Of a stretch of DNA of 64,000 nucleotides, positions 39,355 through 50,895 are shown one piece after another. The translations under genes and the position numbers were made by a program. This DNA is from an uncultured cyanobacterium (GTDB lineage: Bacteria > Cyanobacteriota > Cyanobacteriia > Cyanobacteriales > CAWUOF01): the NCBI GenBank assembly GCA_963744145.1, contig CAVUSO010000001.1, forward strand, positions 6,080,001-6,144,000. Reading direction: 5' to 3'. How positions within the stretch are numbered: the first letter of the stretch is position 1; every line of letters begins with the position of its first letter. Below the pieces are notes generated by a model. The model did not search any database. It was given only the letters and a program-made list of their open reading frames with translations, and was not told the origin of the DNA.

Positions 39355-39846
39355 ATGATTAAAAAATATATGTGGCTAGTTGTAGCCATTGTGTTCTTTG
39401 TTTTTCAAGTATTTGTAGATGGCGCTAATGCAGTCGAACTTGACAAAGCAACCCGCACCATTCCCCTGAACGACCAGGGAGATACAATTACTCTGAGTTT
39501 AAAACAAGTTAAACAAGGCAAACGCCTATTTAATAGTACCTGCGCTCAGTGTCATGCAGGGGGTGTGACAAAGACCGATTTTAATATTGGTCTTGATCCC
39601 GATGCTTTAGCTGGAGCTAACCCTCCACGCAATAACCTAGAATCATTAGTGGATTACCTGAAAAATCCCACTACTTATGACGGAGAAACCTCGATCGCTG
39701 AGCTACATCCCAGTATTGCGAGTGCTAATGTGTTTACTGAGATGAAAAATCTCAGTGATGAAGACCTAAAAGTGATCGCTGGTCATATTCTCCTTCAGCC
39801 CAAAATTGTCGGTGAGCAGTGGGGTGGTGGTAAAGCTGTCCGTTAA
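39355..39846 (+). CDS. psbV: Photosystem II cytochrome c550
   Basis: CAQCH, PTTYDG, ELHPS, WGGGK; AAGGAG RBS. Confidence 0.96.
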   Translation: MIKKYMWLVVAIVFFVFQVFVDGANAVELDKATRTIPLNDQGDTITLSLKQVKQGKRLFNSTCAQCHAGGVTKTDFNIGLDPDALAGANPPRNNLESLVDYLKNPTTYDGETSIAELHPSIASANVFTEMKNLSDEDLKVIAGHILLQPKIVGEQWGGGKAVR

Positions 39847-40031
39847 TCTTAGCTTTGAGTCAATGGTCAGTGATTAATGCTCATTGGTCATCGACAGATC
39901 AGGTGTTAGGTATTGGGGATCAAGGTTGATGACACAGTTCCGATCATCAGGTGACGAATTGATGTTTGATTACTTAGTGATTACCTAATACCTAACACCT
40001 CACCCTTAACCCTTAATACCTATACTGAATT

Positions 40032-40523
40032 ATGCAATTATTGACTGCTCGACTGCTAGTAATAATTTTAGCTGTTTGCTTAGGATGGGTAGGATATATT
40101 TCTCCTGTACAAGCAAAAACAATCGATCCATATATCAGACGCTTTTTACAAGTCTCTCAACCGGTGTCGATCAAAATGGATCAAACTGGTCAAACCCAGC
40201 TATTTTCCCCAAATGACTTACATCAAGGAAAAGTTTTATTTCAAGATAGTTGCATGAACTGTCATGTAGGTGGTTCGACTGTACCTAACCCAATGATCCC
40301 TTTATCCTTGACTGCTTTACAAGGTGCAACTCCAGCTCGAGATGATGTTAATAGTCTTGTTGCTTATATGCGTAAACCGATGGTTTACGATGGGAGCGAA
40401 GAAACCTATTCCTGTCGTCAAGTTTCAGAAAGTTGGTTATCTCAAGCAGAATTAGAAAAATTAGCTGCTTTTATTTTGAGAGCTGCTGAAAAAGCACCTG
40501 GATGGGGTACAGATCAATTTTAA
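40032..40523 (+). CDS. psbV2: Cytochrome c550-like PsbV2
   Basis: CMNCHVGG, YDGSEETYSCRQV; downstream of psbV. Confidence 0.9.
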   Translation: MQLLTARLLVIILAVCLGWVGYISPVQAKTIDPYIRRFLQVSQPVSIKMDQTGQTQLFSPNDLHQGKVLFQDSCMNCHVGGSTVPNPMIPLSLTALQGATPARDDVNSLVAYMRKPMVYDGSEETYSCRQVSESWLSQAELEKLAAFILRAAEKAPGWGTDQF

Positions 40524-40548
40524 CAAATTCTTTCTCATGGGCATAATT

Positions 40549-42072
40549 TTATTTATTAAGCTGATAAAAAATAAAAGCTTTTACTAATTCTAAAGTTGTC
40601 TCCAACTCTGTAAGCAATAAATTAGCACCCGTGAGAGAGTTATTCCGAGCTTGACGCTCTAATTGAGCCGCAGATATTTGGATTGCTGTCACTCCTAAGT
40701 TACCACTTGCACCTTTGATCTGGTGTGCTTGATGACGCAATTTTTCTGTATCTCCTAGATGAAGTGCTTGTTTAGCTTCTTGTAAATGAATTTCTGAATC
40801 TTCGACAAAAGCTTGTAAGACTTCGATTTCAAAAGCTACGTCTCCTCCAGAAATTTCATGTAAATGCTCCAAATCAACAATATCTTCATCATAAATTCCA
40901 AATTCACTAACTGTGGAAGCTCTGGTCAAATTTTCTTGACTCTCGACCGCAAAACTGCTCCCATTTATTGGTTCTGATAATGGTTGATTTTGCTGGGATA
41001 GTTGCTCTTGGAACTGAGGATTTTCTACTGGATTAGGTAGAAATAAATTAGGAGCGATCGCGCAATTATCTCCATTTTCAGCTTTAGACTCTAACCGATC
41101 GCTGATTTTTGCTAAAAATTCTGATTTTAATGGAGAAGTGGAATTAATCGGATTTTGCTCTAATTGATTAGGACTATATTCCTGAGCAACAGCATTTTTT
41201 TCGGTCACGTCACAACAGATCCCCACAATCCCAGAGATCATTCCTGATTCATCGGTAATCGGACGATAAGTCGAGTCATAAATTGTAGTACCCGATGACT
41301 GAGAAATTTCTAGTTGACAAAAAACCTTTTTTTTAGTATTAAGCACTTGTTGTAAAAAGGGTTCAATCCGATCAGCTAAGTCCGGATTTAATTCGCGGTT
41401 AGTTTTACCAATTATTTCACGGGAAGTCAACCCGATCGCAGTAGCTCCACTGGGGTTAATGGCTGTATAACGTAACTGTAGGTCATATTCTACAAAAATA
41501 TCCGAGGTTTTAGTCAGGTAAGACAAAAACCGATCTGCTGTTGTTTGACTATCAGGGTGAGGGACTTGAGTTTGGTGATGAGGCAGTAAGTTAGATTTGG
41601 TTGGTCTTGCTGGACTAGAATCTGGTGCTGTGGGTGGGCTATAATTTTGGCGATCTTGTTCCTGTTGTAATAATTGTAACAAATTAATGGGTGTAATAAT
41701 TCCGCTCAATTGACCACGATGATCTAGCACAGGCAGTACAGCTAAATTATGCTCTAGAAATAAACGATTAATGGTAAAGAGATCTGCTAACTGGGATTCT
41801 GTGACCGTAATCAAAGGTTGTGCTAAAATGGATGTGATTTGATGTTGACCAAGCGTATGAGCGATCGCTTGGGTGAAACAGGAGTCATTAGATCCCAATA
41901 GACGCAGCAGATCCCCAGCAGTGAAGATCCCGATGGGCTGTTGTTGATCTAAAATCAGGAGGCTAGGGGAGCCAGACAAGTTCATCAGCATTAAAGCTTG
42001 TTGTAGATTGATGTCTTTCGTAGCAGTGAGTGGGCTACGGTCAATCACCGGAATTAAAGATGCAAGTGACAT
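40549..42072 (-). CDS. CBS-PAS-Hpt signalling protein
   Basis: N-terminal CBS pair, PAS (YDLQLRYTAIN..IIGKT), C-terminal Hpt AHQIKGASGNLG. Confidence 0.82.
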   Translation of the reverse strand: MSLASLIPVIDRSPLTATKDINLQQALMLMNLSGSPSLLILDQQQPIGIFTAGDLLRLLGSNDSCFTQAIAHTLGQHQITSILAQPLITVTESQLADLFTINRLFLEHNLAVLPVLDHRGQLSGIITPINLLQLLQQEQDRQNYSPPTAPDSSPARPTKSNLLPHHQTQVPHPDSQTTADRFLSYLTKTSDIFVEYDLQLRYTAINPSGATAIGLTSREIIGKTNRELNPDLADRIEPFLQQVLNTKKKVFCQLEISQSSGTTIYDSTYRPITDESGMISGIVGICCDVTEKNAVAQEYSPNQLEQNPINSTSPLKSEFLAKISDRLESKAENGDNCAIAPNLFLPNPVENPQFQEQLSQQNQPLSEPINGSSFAVESQENLTRASTVSEFGIYDEDIVDLEHLHEISGGDVAFEIEVLQAFVEDSEIHLQEAKQALHLGDTEKLRHQAHQIKGASGNLGVTAIQISAAQLERQARNNSLTGANLLLTELETTLELVKAFIFYQLNK

Positions 42073-42232
42073 TAAAGGTTTGGATTGGTAAGATATGCTG
42101 TCTTTATTATTTAGTTATGCCCAGGATGAGAGCGATAATCACTTGAGAAAATTTGTAACGTAATTTTTTGTCCTCATGGTAGATAAAATAAATGTGCGAT
42201 GATCTGTATGTTTTGACATGAGGAGAAATAAA

Positions 42233-42574
42233 TTGAAAAGACTACTCTCTGTGATTTTATTGGCGATCGCCTTGTTGATCTTTGCCCCTGGTAGTCCTGC
42301 GTTGGCTGGAGATGCCGCCAATGGTGCCAAAATCTTTGCGGCTAACTGTGTGTCTTGTCATGCGGGCGGTCGGAATTTAGTCAACGCTAGTAAAAGTCTA
42401 AAGAAGGATGATTTAGATAAGTATGGGATGAACAGTCTTGAGGCTATTGTCAATCAGGTGACGAAGGGTAAAGGCGCGATGCCAGCCTTTAAAGGACGTC
42501 TGAAACCAGCATCCAAGATTGAGGATGTCGCCACCTATGTTTTTCAACAAGCTAACGAGACAAATTGGCAGTAA
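42233..42574 (+). CDS. petJ: Cytochrome c6
   Basis: [24 protein letters not shown] before TTG 42233. Confidence 0.95.
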   Translation: MKRLLSVILLAIALLIFAPGSPALAGDAANGAKIFAANCVSCHAGGRNLVNASKSLKKDDLDKYGMNSLEAIVNQVTKGKGAMPAFKGRLKPASKIEDVATYVFQQANETNWQ

Positions 42575-42719
42575 AAGCGAAAACTAAAGGTTAAATAGTG
42601 AAAAGTGGAAAGTGGAAAGCAAATAGTAAAGCTGGCTTCTGCTATTAAAAATTCAATCTTAGTGGCCGCTATCTTCTCTTTTTGTTAGACATTTTTCACT
42701 TTTTGCTTGACATTGATCA

Positions 42720-43415
42720 TCAAGGTTGGGCAAAAATATCTGTTATTAGGGTGGTTTGGATAGCTTGACTCAAAGATTCTGATTGAGACCAATATTTCTC
42801 AATCTGAGCATGAGGTGGAATTGGGATCAAAATACAAACCGCAATCCAAGGAGCGCGATGTTTTGATAATTGTGCCATCCGTTCTACCCAGAACCAATCA
42901 CTAGGAGTAGTATTACCACCTTCAGGCCAAGCATACCATTGAGTAACGGCAAATGTTTGTTTTTTGGTCAAGCCTCGAAAAAAATTTACTTCGATTTTGA
43001 TGAGTTTTTGAGTTTTTGATTTAGTGAGAATGGTAACTGGTAGGTGATGAAAAGAATCAGTTTGCCATTGTTGATAACTATTTAGATCGATCCATTCTAA
43101 CTGAGGCTGTTCATTCAGATTCGCTTGAGGTCGGAGTAGCAAAGAAATATCGGGTTGATTGAGACGGTGAATTTTTTGATTTGACCATTTGTGTTGACTA
43201 ATTTCGATGGTTTTCTGCTCTAAAGTTTTCCAACCGGACAGGGAAAGTCCCTGACTACGGATCTTGATGATTTGTGGGAAATTAGGAATTTCTGGTAATT
43301 TTTGCCATGACCAATTTCTAGCTGGAAATCCCAGTTTGACGATCGCTAGTAAAAAGACGATCGCTAGAATTTTTACCAATTGATATCGTTGCCATACTTT
43401 GATCAGAAAAAGCAT
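42720..43415 (-). CDS. Cyanoexosortase B system-associated protein
   Basis: LLLRPQ..QPQLEW..QTFAVTQWYAWPEGG; follows the exosortase gene. Confidence 0.8.
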   Translation of the reverse strand: MLFLIKVWQRYQLVKILAIVFLLAIVKLGFPARNWSWQKLPEIPNFPQIIKIRSQGLSLSGWKTLEQKTIEISQHKWSNQKIHRLNQPDISLLLRPQANLNEQPQLEWIDLNSYQQWQTDSFHHLPVTILTKSKTQKLIKIEVNFFRGLTKKQTFAVTQWYAWPEGGNTTPSDWFWVERMAQLSKHRAPWIAVCILIPIPPHAQIEKYWSQSESLSQAIQTTLITDIFAQP

Positions 43416-43482
43416 TATTTGTAATTAATTTTCTCTGCAATTACTTTCATCAGATCAAGGTAATGATCTGGGTTTATTTTTT

Positions 43483-44379
43483 TCATCTATCATCGACTTT
43501 TTCTAATTTTTCAATTCTCATTAATATTGGTACTAATGTACTGAGGATTAAAGCGGAATATAGCTCTCCACCCCATCCTTGATTTAGCCAGTCAAAAGCT
43601 AATTCATCATTCATAGCATAAAAAAATATCAGGAAAATGTTGCGGATAATATTAGCAATTATACTAAGTATAATTGTCATAGTTAGAAACAGAATTGTTG
43701 TTTGAGTAGGTGGTAATTTTCTCTGTCTCCAGTACAGTAACATTAAGGCTAAATATAGACTAGTAAATACCATTTTTAAACTGCTAGCATGGGGGTTTGC
43801 TTCGATTAAATTTTCCCCGATATATAAATAAATTTGATCGACTTTAATATTAAGACCAAATGGATTTAAAATTAAGGCTGTTGCGTGGGCGATCGAAGTT
43901 TGCAGAGGTAAAAAATATGGAGTGATTAAATAGGGAATTTGGTTGGGAGTAGCTAACCATACTAATAATAGTGAAAATCCCTGGATTTGTAAACCAGGAA
44001 TACTTTTGAGCCAGAGACATAAACCAGTCAGAATAGTAGGAAAAGATAAATTAACTAAATCTGCTTGACCACTCTGATAAGCAATTCCTCCCAACAATAA
44101 TAATAGGACACCAAGGGGATGAGGGCGATCGGGCAATTTTTGCCATTGTCCACGATTGAACCAACAGAGCTGGACAGCATAAGGTAAGCCAATTATACCT
44201 TGACTAAAATATTCATGTTCAATACTAATATTTTTATGCAACCAACCATCATACCAATACCATAAAAGCGGAGCATACAAAAATGTTAGTAGTCCCAAAA
44301 TGAGACTACTCAAAATTGCTGGTGGGAATTTTAGGGTTAGTTGGTCTGGTGGTGGATGTAGGTTTTTTTTGTACATCAT
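43483..44379 (-). CDS. Cyanoexosortase B-like membrane protein (catalytic residues degenerate)
   Basis: WYDGWLHKNISIEHEYFS, LKMVFTSLY, ANIIRN, GWGGELYS. Confidence 0.83.
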   Translation of the reverse strand: MMYKKNLHPPPDQLTLKFPPAILSSLILGLLTFLYAPLLWYWYDGWLHKNISIEHEYFSQGIIGLPYAVQLCWFNRGQWQKLPDRPHPLGVLLLLLGGIAYQSGQADLVNLSFPTILTGLCLWLKSIPGLQIQGFSLLLVWLATPNQIPYLITPYFLPLQTSIAHATALILNPFGLNIKVDQIYLYIGENLIEANPHASSLKMVFTSLYLALMLLYWRQRKLPPTQTTILFLTMTIILSIIANIIRNIFLIFFYAMNDELAFDWLNQGWGGELYSALILSTLVPILMRIEKLEKVDDR

Positions 44380-44848
44380 TGTTGATGGTTCGCGGTTTTA
44401 GCTGTGGTCCAATTAACAATGATTAATAGTTGATTTAATCTGGGCACATAGTTAATTATAGCCGATCGGAGATTGAAACTAAATTATGTTGAGATTTATG
44501 GCTATTTTTGAACTTACTCAAATGGTAATATATTTGTGATTGCTCTAGATATGCTTGATATAGTGTCAGCATTTTTTGTAATTGATCTAATTGACCCTGC
44601 TCTTGATGACAAGACTTGTCCATAGGAACTCATCTAATAGATAAATTAGAGATTTGGATAATTCCTTATACATAAGAATCTGCCAGCTTTCCTTAAAAAA
44701 GCCTAGATTTTTAAAGATTTTTCCCTCATGTCCAAAGTAGTTGGAGCTACTAGGTATCAATCAAGCGATCGGATTATGGACTTGTCGCAATTTGCCCGTG
44801 ATCATTCATAATGTATATGTTAATAGGAAGAGAGCGAGTGGATCAATA

Positions 44849-45256
44849 ATGTGGGTACTTTCTAAGCAATTCACCTTTGAAGCAGCCCATATCCTACCAC
44901 ACCACGAGGGGAAATGTAAAAGATTGCATGGCCATAGCTGGGTAGGATACGTTTATGTAATTAGCGATACTTTACAATCAAGTGGTAGTAGCGTAGGGAT
45001 GGTAATGGATTACACTGAAATCAAACAACATCTTAGTCCCATAGTTGATCATTATCTAGATCATTACTTTTTAAATGAAACATTAAACTTAGAAAACCCC
45101 ACCAGTGAAGAAGTTGCTAGATGGATCTACTACCAGCTAAAACCCTCTCTTCCTGGATTGTACGCGGTGAGGATTGATGAAACCTGTACCTCTCAATGTG
45201 TTTATATAGAAGCCGATCGCTTTGATACCTTAACCCATGCTATCATTACGGGGTAA
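44849..45256 (+). CDS. queD: 6-carboxytetrahydropterin synthase
   Basis: FEAAH..CKRLHGHS..LDHYFLN..NPTSE..ET. Confidence 0.95.
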   Translation: MWVLSKQFTFEAAHILPHHEGKCKRLHGHSWVGYVYVISDTLQSSGSSVGMVMDYTEIKQHLSPIVDHYLDHYFLNETLNLENPTSEEVARWIYYQLKPSLPGLYAVRIDETCTSQCVYIEADRFDTLTHAIITG

Positions 45257-45303
45257 GATCAGATTTATCGACCTAGTTGGGTGGAGACAAAATCCATTTT
45301 TGG

Positions 45304-47301
45304 TTATTTACCTAATAATTTATCCCGCAAATGTTTCAAGCGATCGCGATATTTAGCAGCTTGTTCAAATTCTAAATTTTTAGCTGCTTCTTTCATTTGT
45401 GCTTCTAACTGGGTAATTAATTCGGGAATTTGTTCTAAAGATAACTCATCAACTAATTCAGAGACAGTTTCTAATTGTTGCGAATTCAGTCGTCGCGAGA
45501 CATCTAAAAACGCTAAAATCGAATTATGGGATTTTTTCCTAATTGATTGTGGTGTAATTCCGTGCTTTTGATTATGAGCAATCTGAATACTCCGACGACG
45601 ATTAGTTTCAGTAATTGCTTTAAACATACTATCTGTTAAATTATCAGCATACATAATTGCTTGTCCTGCAATATGACGTGCTGCTCTACCAATAGTTTGA
45701 ATTAGCGATCGCTCAGTTCTTAAAAAACCTTCCTTATCCGCGTCTAAAATTGCGACTAAAGAAACTTCTGGTAAATCTAACCCTTCCCGGAGTAAATTTA
45801 CCCCAATCAAAACATCAAAAATCCCTTCCCGTAAATCTTGGAGAATTTCAATTCTTTGGATTGATTGAATTTCTGAATGTAAATAACGCACCTGAATTCC
45901 CCGTTCTTGCAAATATTCAGTTAAATCTTCAGCCATTCGTTTAGTTAAAGTTGTAATTAGCACCCGTTCTTGTCGCTGAACACGGGTGGTAATTTCCCCA
46001 AACAGATCATCAATTTGACCCTCAGTCGGACGGACAAAAATTTCTGGATCAATTACTCCAGTAGGACGAATAATTTGTTCAACAATGCGATTTTCGGAAA
46101 CTTCTATTTCCCAATTTCCAGGAGTAGCAGAAACAAAAATACACTGATTAACCTTATCCCAAAACTCCGTTGATTTTAAAGGACGATTATCCGCAGCACT
46201 AGGTAAACGAAATCCATTTTCAATTAACACTTTCTTCCGAGCTTGATCACCATTATACATCCCCCGAATTTGGGGAACAGTCACATGGGATTCATCAATA
46301 ACCAATAACCAATCTTTGGGAAAATAATCAATTAAACATTCGTTCGGTTCACCCGCATTTCTTCCTGCTAAAAACCGGGAATAATTTTCCACCCCATTAC
46401 AATATCCTATTTCTCTGAGTAGTTCTAAATCATAACGAGTCCGTTGTTCAATTCGTTGTGCTTCTAACAATTTTCCAGCTTGCTGTAATTCCCCAACTCT
46501 GAACTTTAATTCCTGTTCAATTTCTTGACAAGCTACTTCCAATCTATCATCAGGAGTCACAAAGTGACGTGCTGGATAGATATTTAAAGCTTCTACACTT
46601 TTGAGAATTTCTCCAGTCACAGGATCGACATAGCGAATTGCATCAATTTCATCACCAAAAAATTCGATTCTAATGATCCGATCTTCATAAGCAGGACCAA
46701 TTTCTAACACATCTCCACGTACCCGAAAACGTCCTCGTCCTAATTCGAGATCATTACGAGTATATTGAATGGTGACTAAATTCCTTAAAATTTGACGTTG
46801 ATTAACTTCTTGTCCCACTTGAAAAGGAATAGAAGCTTTCAGATATTCTGAAGGTATTCCTAACCCATAAATACAACTAATGGAAGCAACTACAATCACA
46901 TCACGACGTTCAAACAGCGATCGCGTAGCTGAGTGACGTAGCATATCAATTTCATCATTAATTGCCGCACTTTTTTCGATATAGGTATCAGTGACAGCAA
47001 TATATGCTTCCGGTTGATAATAGTCATAATAGCTAATAAAATATTCAACGGCATTATCCGGAAAAAATTCTCGTAATTCATTACACAATTGTGCTGCTAG
47101 AGTTTTATTATGTGCTAGAATTAGAGTAGGTTTACCAATTTTGGCAATTACTTGGGCTACTGTATAAGTTTTGCCAGTACCAGTCGCACCTAAAAGAGTT
47201 TGAAAACGATGACCAGCTTGTAAATAATTGACTAATTGGGCGATCGCTTGGGGTTGATCACCGGTGGGGAGAAAAGGTGCTTCGAGATGAAAATTAGTCA
47301 T
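45304..47301 (-). CDS. uvrB: Excinuclease ABC subunit B
   Basis: [23 protein letters not shown]-terminal UVR domain. Confidence 0.98.
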   Translation of the reverse strand: MTNFHLEAPFLPTGDQPQAIAQLVNYLQAGHRFQTLLGATGTGKTYTVAQVIAKIGKPTLILAHNKTLAAQLCNELREFFPDNAVEYFISYYDYYQPEAYIAVTDTYIEKSAAINDEIDMLRHSATRSLFERRDVIVVASISCIYGLGIPSEYLKASIPFQVGQEVNQRQILRNLVTIQYTRNDLELGRGRFRVRGDVLEIGPAYEDRIIRIEFFGDEIDAIRYVDPVTGEILKSVEALNIYPARHFVTPDDRLEVACQEIEQELKFRVGELQQAGKLLEAQRIEQRTRYDLELLREIGYCNGVENYSRFLAGRNAGEPNECLIDYFPKDWLLVIDESHVTVPQIRGMYNGDQARKKVLIENGFRLPSAADNRPLKSTEFWDKVNQCIFVSATPGNWEIEVSENRIVEQIIRPTGVIDPEIFVRPTEGQIDDLFGEITTRVQRQERVLITTLTKRMAEDLTEYLQERGIQVRYLHSEIQSIQRIEILQDLREGIFDVLIGVNLLREGLDLPEVSLVAILDADKEGFLRTERSLIQTIGRAARHIAGQAIMYADNLTDSMFKAITETNRRRSIQIAHNQKHGITPQSIRKKSHNSILAFLDVSRRLNSQQLETVSELVDELSLEQIPELITQLEAQMKEAAKNLEFEQAAKYRDRLKHLRDKLLGK

Positions 47302-47305
47302 AAAA

Positions 47306-47839
47306 TTAGTCAAAATCGCGTCGATGATTGCGGGGTAAATAAATAGAGGTAACCTTACCAACAATTAAATCAGCAGGTAGAAATCCCCAGTAATGACTAT
47401 CATAGCTATTATTGCGATTATCTCCTAGCACAAAATAGGAATTTTGCGGCACTTTTTTCGGACCATATTCATAATCAGATGGTGCTAAAATATATGGTTC
47501 TGGTAAAGATTGATCATCAATATAAACCTGACCATTTTGGACTTTTACCGTTTCTCCAGGTAAACCAATAACCCGCTTGACAAAAACCTTGGTAAATTTT
47601 TCCTGTCGTAATCTTTCCGTCGGTTGAAAGACAATGATATCACCACGTTTAGGAGGAAAAGAACAGTAAACTCTTTTATCGACCAGAATATGGTCATTAA
47701 TAGCCAAAGTTGGTAACATGGCTTTGGATGGAATATAATATAGTCCAATGCGATCGTGGAAATTTGTCACTGGTTGAGAACAGGAGGGAGGAGTAACTGC
47801 AATCAGGACTAAGCTAGAGATACTTAAAAAAGAATACAT
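47306..47839 (-). CDS. lepB: Signal peptidase I
   Basis: [30 protein letters not shown]. Confidence 0.9.
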   Translation of the reverse strand: MYSFLSISSLVLIAVTPPSCSQPVTNFHDRIGLYYIPSKAMLPTLAINDHILVDKRVYCSFPPKRGDIIVFQPTERLRQEKFTKVFVKRVIGLPGETVKVQNGQVYIDDQSLPEPYILAPSDYEYGPKKVPQNSYFVLGDNRNNSYDSHYWGFLPADLIVGKVTSIYLPRNHRRDFD

Positions 47840-47897
47840 AGTAAAATTTACTCATCCCTTGACGAATATATTTTTATTTTATCCTCTCGGTTCACCT

Positions 47898-47957
47898 GGT
47901 ACACCTTCGACTCCGCTCAGGGTACACCTTCGACTCCGCTCAGGGTACACCTTCGAC
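47898..47957. repeat. Tandem 23-bp small dispersed repeat (GGTACACCTTCGACTCCGCTCAG) x2.6
   Basis: Direct tandem copies without spacers. Confidence 0.85.
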
Positions 47958-48072
47958 GATCCTCAGAGCGAAGTCAAAGTGGTCGAAACAGGAGCCAAAA
48001 CATTTTACCAGAGATCTGATTTAATGTTAAACTGAGAAGAGAAAAATTAATTACAAGTTAGCGAGGTTTTAA

Positions 48073-48258
48073 ATGATGAGTGAAGATCACAGCGTCAATC
48101 TAGAAAATGCTGCCGAAACCAACCAAAACCTAGAAAATGAAAAAGCCAGCAAAGCATTAACTATTAAAGTTTATGAAAGAAAGTTTTTGCCAGCCAATCG
48201 CCCAATAGCCGACAATAATATTGAGGACATTGACTCATTAATTGGCTATCTTGACTAA
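48073..48258 (+). CDS. Small hypothetical protein
   Basis: GAGG RBS; NRPIADN..GYLD C-terminus; downstream hairpin ~48280-48313. Confidence 0.6.
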   Translation: MMSEDHSVNLENAAETNQNLENEKASKALTIKVYERKFLPANRPIADNNIEDIDSLIGYLD

Positions 48259-48466
48259 ACCAAAAATTTGATCTAAATTGAGAACCTTGATTTCGATAGA
48301 GATCCAGGTTCTTCCTATTTGCTAAACTAGCATCGCTATAATTAACCCATTCAATCCACTAATATCTGATCAGCCGCTCAAAATCTCGGAAAAGTTGAGA
48401 AAATATTTGGGAAATTAGCTGAACTTGCTATAATAACCAGGTTAAAAGATCCCTGTCGTAAAAATT

Positions 48467-49117
48467 ATGGAAATAGAAACAGATCACGAAATTGATTCAC
48501 TAGCAGATAAGGTGAACGAAGTAGCAGAAGAACTCAAAGAGGTAGAAAAAGATACAGACGAACTCAAAGAGGAACGAAAAAAACAAGCCCAAGAGCGAAG
48601 CTGGCTGAATCAAGTAGCACTTTCCACAGGGATTTTTTCAGCATTAGCCGCGATCGCTGCCATGCACGGTAACTACTTGGACACGGAAGGAATGCTGGCA
48701 AAATTGGAAGCCAATGACCAATGGAGTTACTATCAAGCCAAATCTACCAAACGTTTGATTTATGATTCTAACAAGATGCTGTTAGAATCCCTAGACAAAC
48801 CAGTGCCCTCAACCATAGTGGCAGAAACTAATCGTTTAGATCAAGAAAAAGCAGCCATTCAAGTGAAAGCTAACCAGCTAACAGCAGAATCATATTTATA
48901 TATAGAGCGTCACGAGCGTTTTGCCTCAAGTGTAACAGCTTTACAAGTAGCCATTTCCCTAGGAGCTGTAGCAGCCCTATTGCGAAAACGACAAGTTTGG
49001 TATCTCAGTTTAGGTATTGCGACAATTGGCTTAGGGTTTATCCTTTGGGGTCTCTATCCTAGTCCAGAAGGAGGAACAGAGTCGCCAGTCCCAGCAGTTT
49101 CATCTGTAGAAAAATAA
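48467..49117 (+). CDS. DUF4337 family membrane protein
   Basis: DQWSYYQAKS, LQVAISL; TGCTATAAT extended -10 at 48426. Confidence 0.82.
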   Translation: MEIETDHEIDSLADKVNEVAEELKEVEKDTDELKEERKKQAQERSWLNQVALSTGIFSALAAIAAMHGNYLDTEGMLAKLEANDQWSYYQAKSTKRLIYDSNKMLLESLDKPVPSTIVAETNRLDQEKAAIQVKANQLTAESYLYIERHERFASSVTALQVAISLGAVAALLRKRQVWYLSLGIATIGLGFILWGLYPSPEGGTESPVPAVSSVEK

Positions 49118-49192
49118 ATTATCAGTGTCCCAATCCCCTTCAAGGTCTACAATATTGGCAAGTGCTGACCGATACCTAATGTGAGACCATCT

Positions 49193-49958
49193 ATGCGCCT
49201 ATTGCGCTTTCTGTTGATTACCATTGTTAGCTTTTTGGTGTTTTGTGCAGCATTAATCGGTTGTTCAACACCAGTAAAGTCAGAAAATGCTAAACCCAGT
49301 CCAGAATTAGAAGCCCAAGTATTGCAGATTATTCGTAATAATCCGCAAGTAATTTTGGAATCAGTTCAGGCTTACCAGGAAAAAGAACAAAAGAAAATCC
49401 AGGCAGCAAGACAGTCATTTTTCCAGCAAATGATGACCAATCCAGCCGCAGTGATTGCAGAATCTCCCACCACGGGGGCTCCTGAGAAAAAAATTGTCCT
49501 GCTCGAATTTTCTGATTTTCAATGCCCTTTCTGTGCCCAGGCTCACGAAAGCGTGAAACAGTTCATGGATAAACATCAAGATCAAGTGACCTTAACTTAT
49601 AAGTATTTTCCCCTGACTTCAATTCATCCTCAAGCGATGCCCGCCGCGAAAGCAGCTTGGGCCGCAAGTCAACAAGGGAAATTTTGGGAGTATCACGACG
49701 CCCTATTTGAAGTACCAAAAAAATCTGGGAGAAGATTTATATCTGGCGATCGCCAAGAACCAAAATCTGAATCTCGATAAATTTAATCAGGATCGTAATA
49801 GTCCTGCGGCTGAGGCTGCAATTAAAAAAGATCAACAACTGGGTGAAAGTTTGGGAATATCCGGTACACCTTTCTTGTTTATGAATCAAGAAACTGTTCG
49901 TTCCTTTGAGTTACCGGCTTTAGAAGAAACCTTAACTCGTCTCACCAGTTCACCTTAA
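49193..49958 (+). pseudogene. DsbA/thioredoxin-family protein with a +1 frameshift near 49708-49723
   Basis: EFSDFQCPFC in the first frame; LGEDLY..GISGTPF continues in the +1 frame; A7 tract at the junction. Confidence 0.8.
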
Positions 49959-50024
49959 TCTTTTCTGCTCTGACATGATCACAGGTGCTGTGCCATCACC
50001 CAATTTAAAAATGAGCAAAAAAAA

Positions 50025-50079
50025 CTTAGTATTTGCACAAACCTTGAATTTTCCGATCAAGATCAAGGCAAATACTAAG
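50025..50079. terminator. Hairpin between convergent dsbA-like gene and rpe
   Basis: CTTAGTATTTGC / GCAAATACTAAG inverted repeat with an A-run on the left. Confidence 0.55.
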
Positions 50080-50092
50080 CCTAATAATTGAA

Positions 50093-50800
50093 TTAAACCG
50101 TTGCTAATTCAGGTGTAGGACGTTTACTATTGCGAACACCAGCGATCGCCTCAGCATAATTTTTCGCATTAAACACCGCCGAACCGGCCACAATTGCATT
50201 AGCACCAGCTTCTAAAACTTGCCAGGTATTATTCACTTTCAAGCCCCCATCCACTTCAATCCAGGGATCTAAACCACGTTCATCGCACATTTGTCGTAAT
50301 TTGCGAATCTTGGGTAATACTCCTGGGATAAAGCTTTGTCCACCAAAACCAGGGTTAACACTCATGATCAGGACTAAATCACATAGCTCTAGAACATATT
50401 CAATTAGCTCTAGAGGGGTCGAGGGATTCAGAACCACACCAGCTTGTTTACCTAATTCTTTAATTTGGCCCAGAGTCCGGTGTAAATGGGGAGAAGCATT
50501 ATGTTCAGCATGAACGGAGATAATATCCGCACCAGCTTTAGCAAAATCTTCCACATATTTTTCCGGTTCCACAATCATCAGGTGAACATCTAGTGGTTTA
50601 GTGGTGACAGGACGAATAGCGGATACAATCAGTGGCCCAATGGTAATATTAGGAACAAAGCGACCGTCCATGACATCAACATGAATCCAATCTGCCCCAG
50701 CTTGATCTACCGCCCGAATTTCATCTCCGAGTCGGCTAAAATCAGCTGATAATATAGATGGAGCAACAACGATTGGTTTTTGAGATTGGCTTGTGGTCAT
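50093..50800 (-). CDS. rpe: Ribulose-phosphate 3-epimerase
   Basis: [31 protein letters not shown]. Confidence 0.98.
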   Translation of the reverse strand: MTTSQSQKPIVVAPSILSADFSRLGDEIRAVDQAGADWIHVDVMDGRFVPNITIGPLIVSAIRPVTTKPLDVHLMIVEPEKYVEDFAKAGADIISVHAEHNASPHLHRTLGQIKELGKQAGVVLNPSTPLELIEYVLELCDLVLIMSVNPGFGGQSFIPGVLPKIRKLRQMCDERGLDPWIEVDGGLKVNNTWQVLEAGANAIVAGSAVFNAKNYAEAIAGVRNSKRPTPELATV

Positions 50801-50895
50801 GGCTGAAAATACTCTCCTTTGTCCTCTTTGGTAATAATTTTAACAAAGTTTTTACAAAGACCTTATTTATTTATTGAGATTTTGGAGTAGGTTAC

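Noticed and set aside
47898..47985. Short repeats (also 29813-29855 and 15620-15685) as a CRISPR array
   Set aside because: Tandem 23-bp units with no unique spacers and no cas genes; they fit small dispersed repeats
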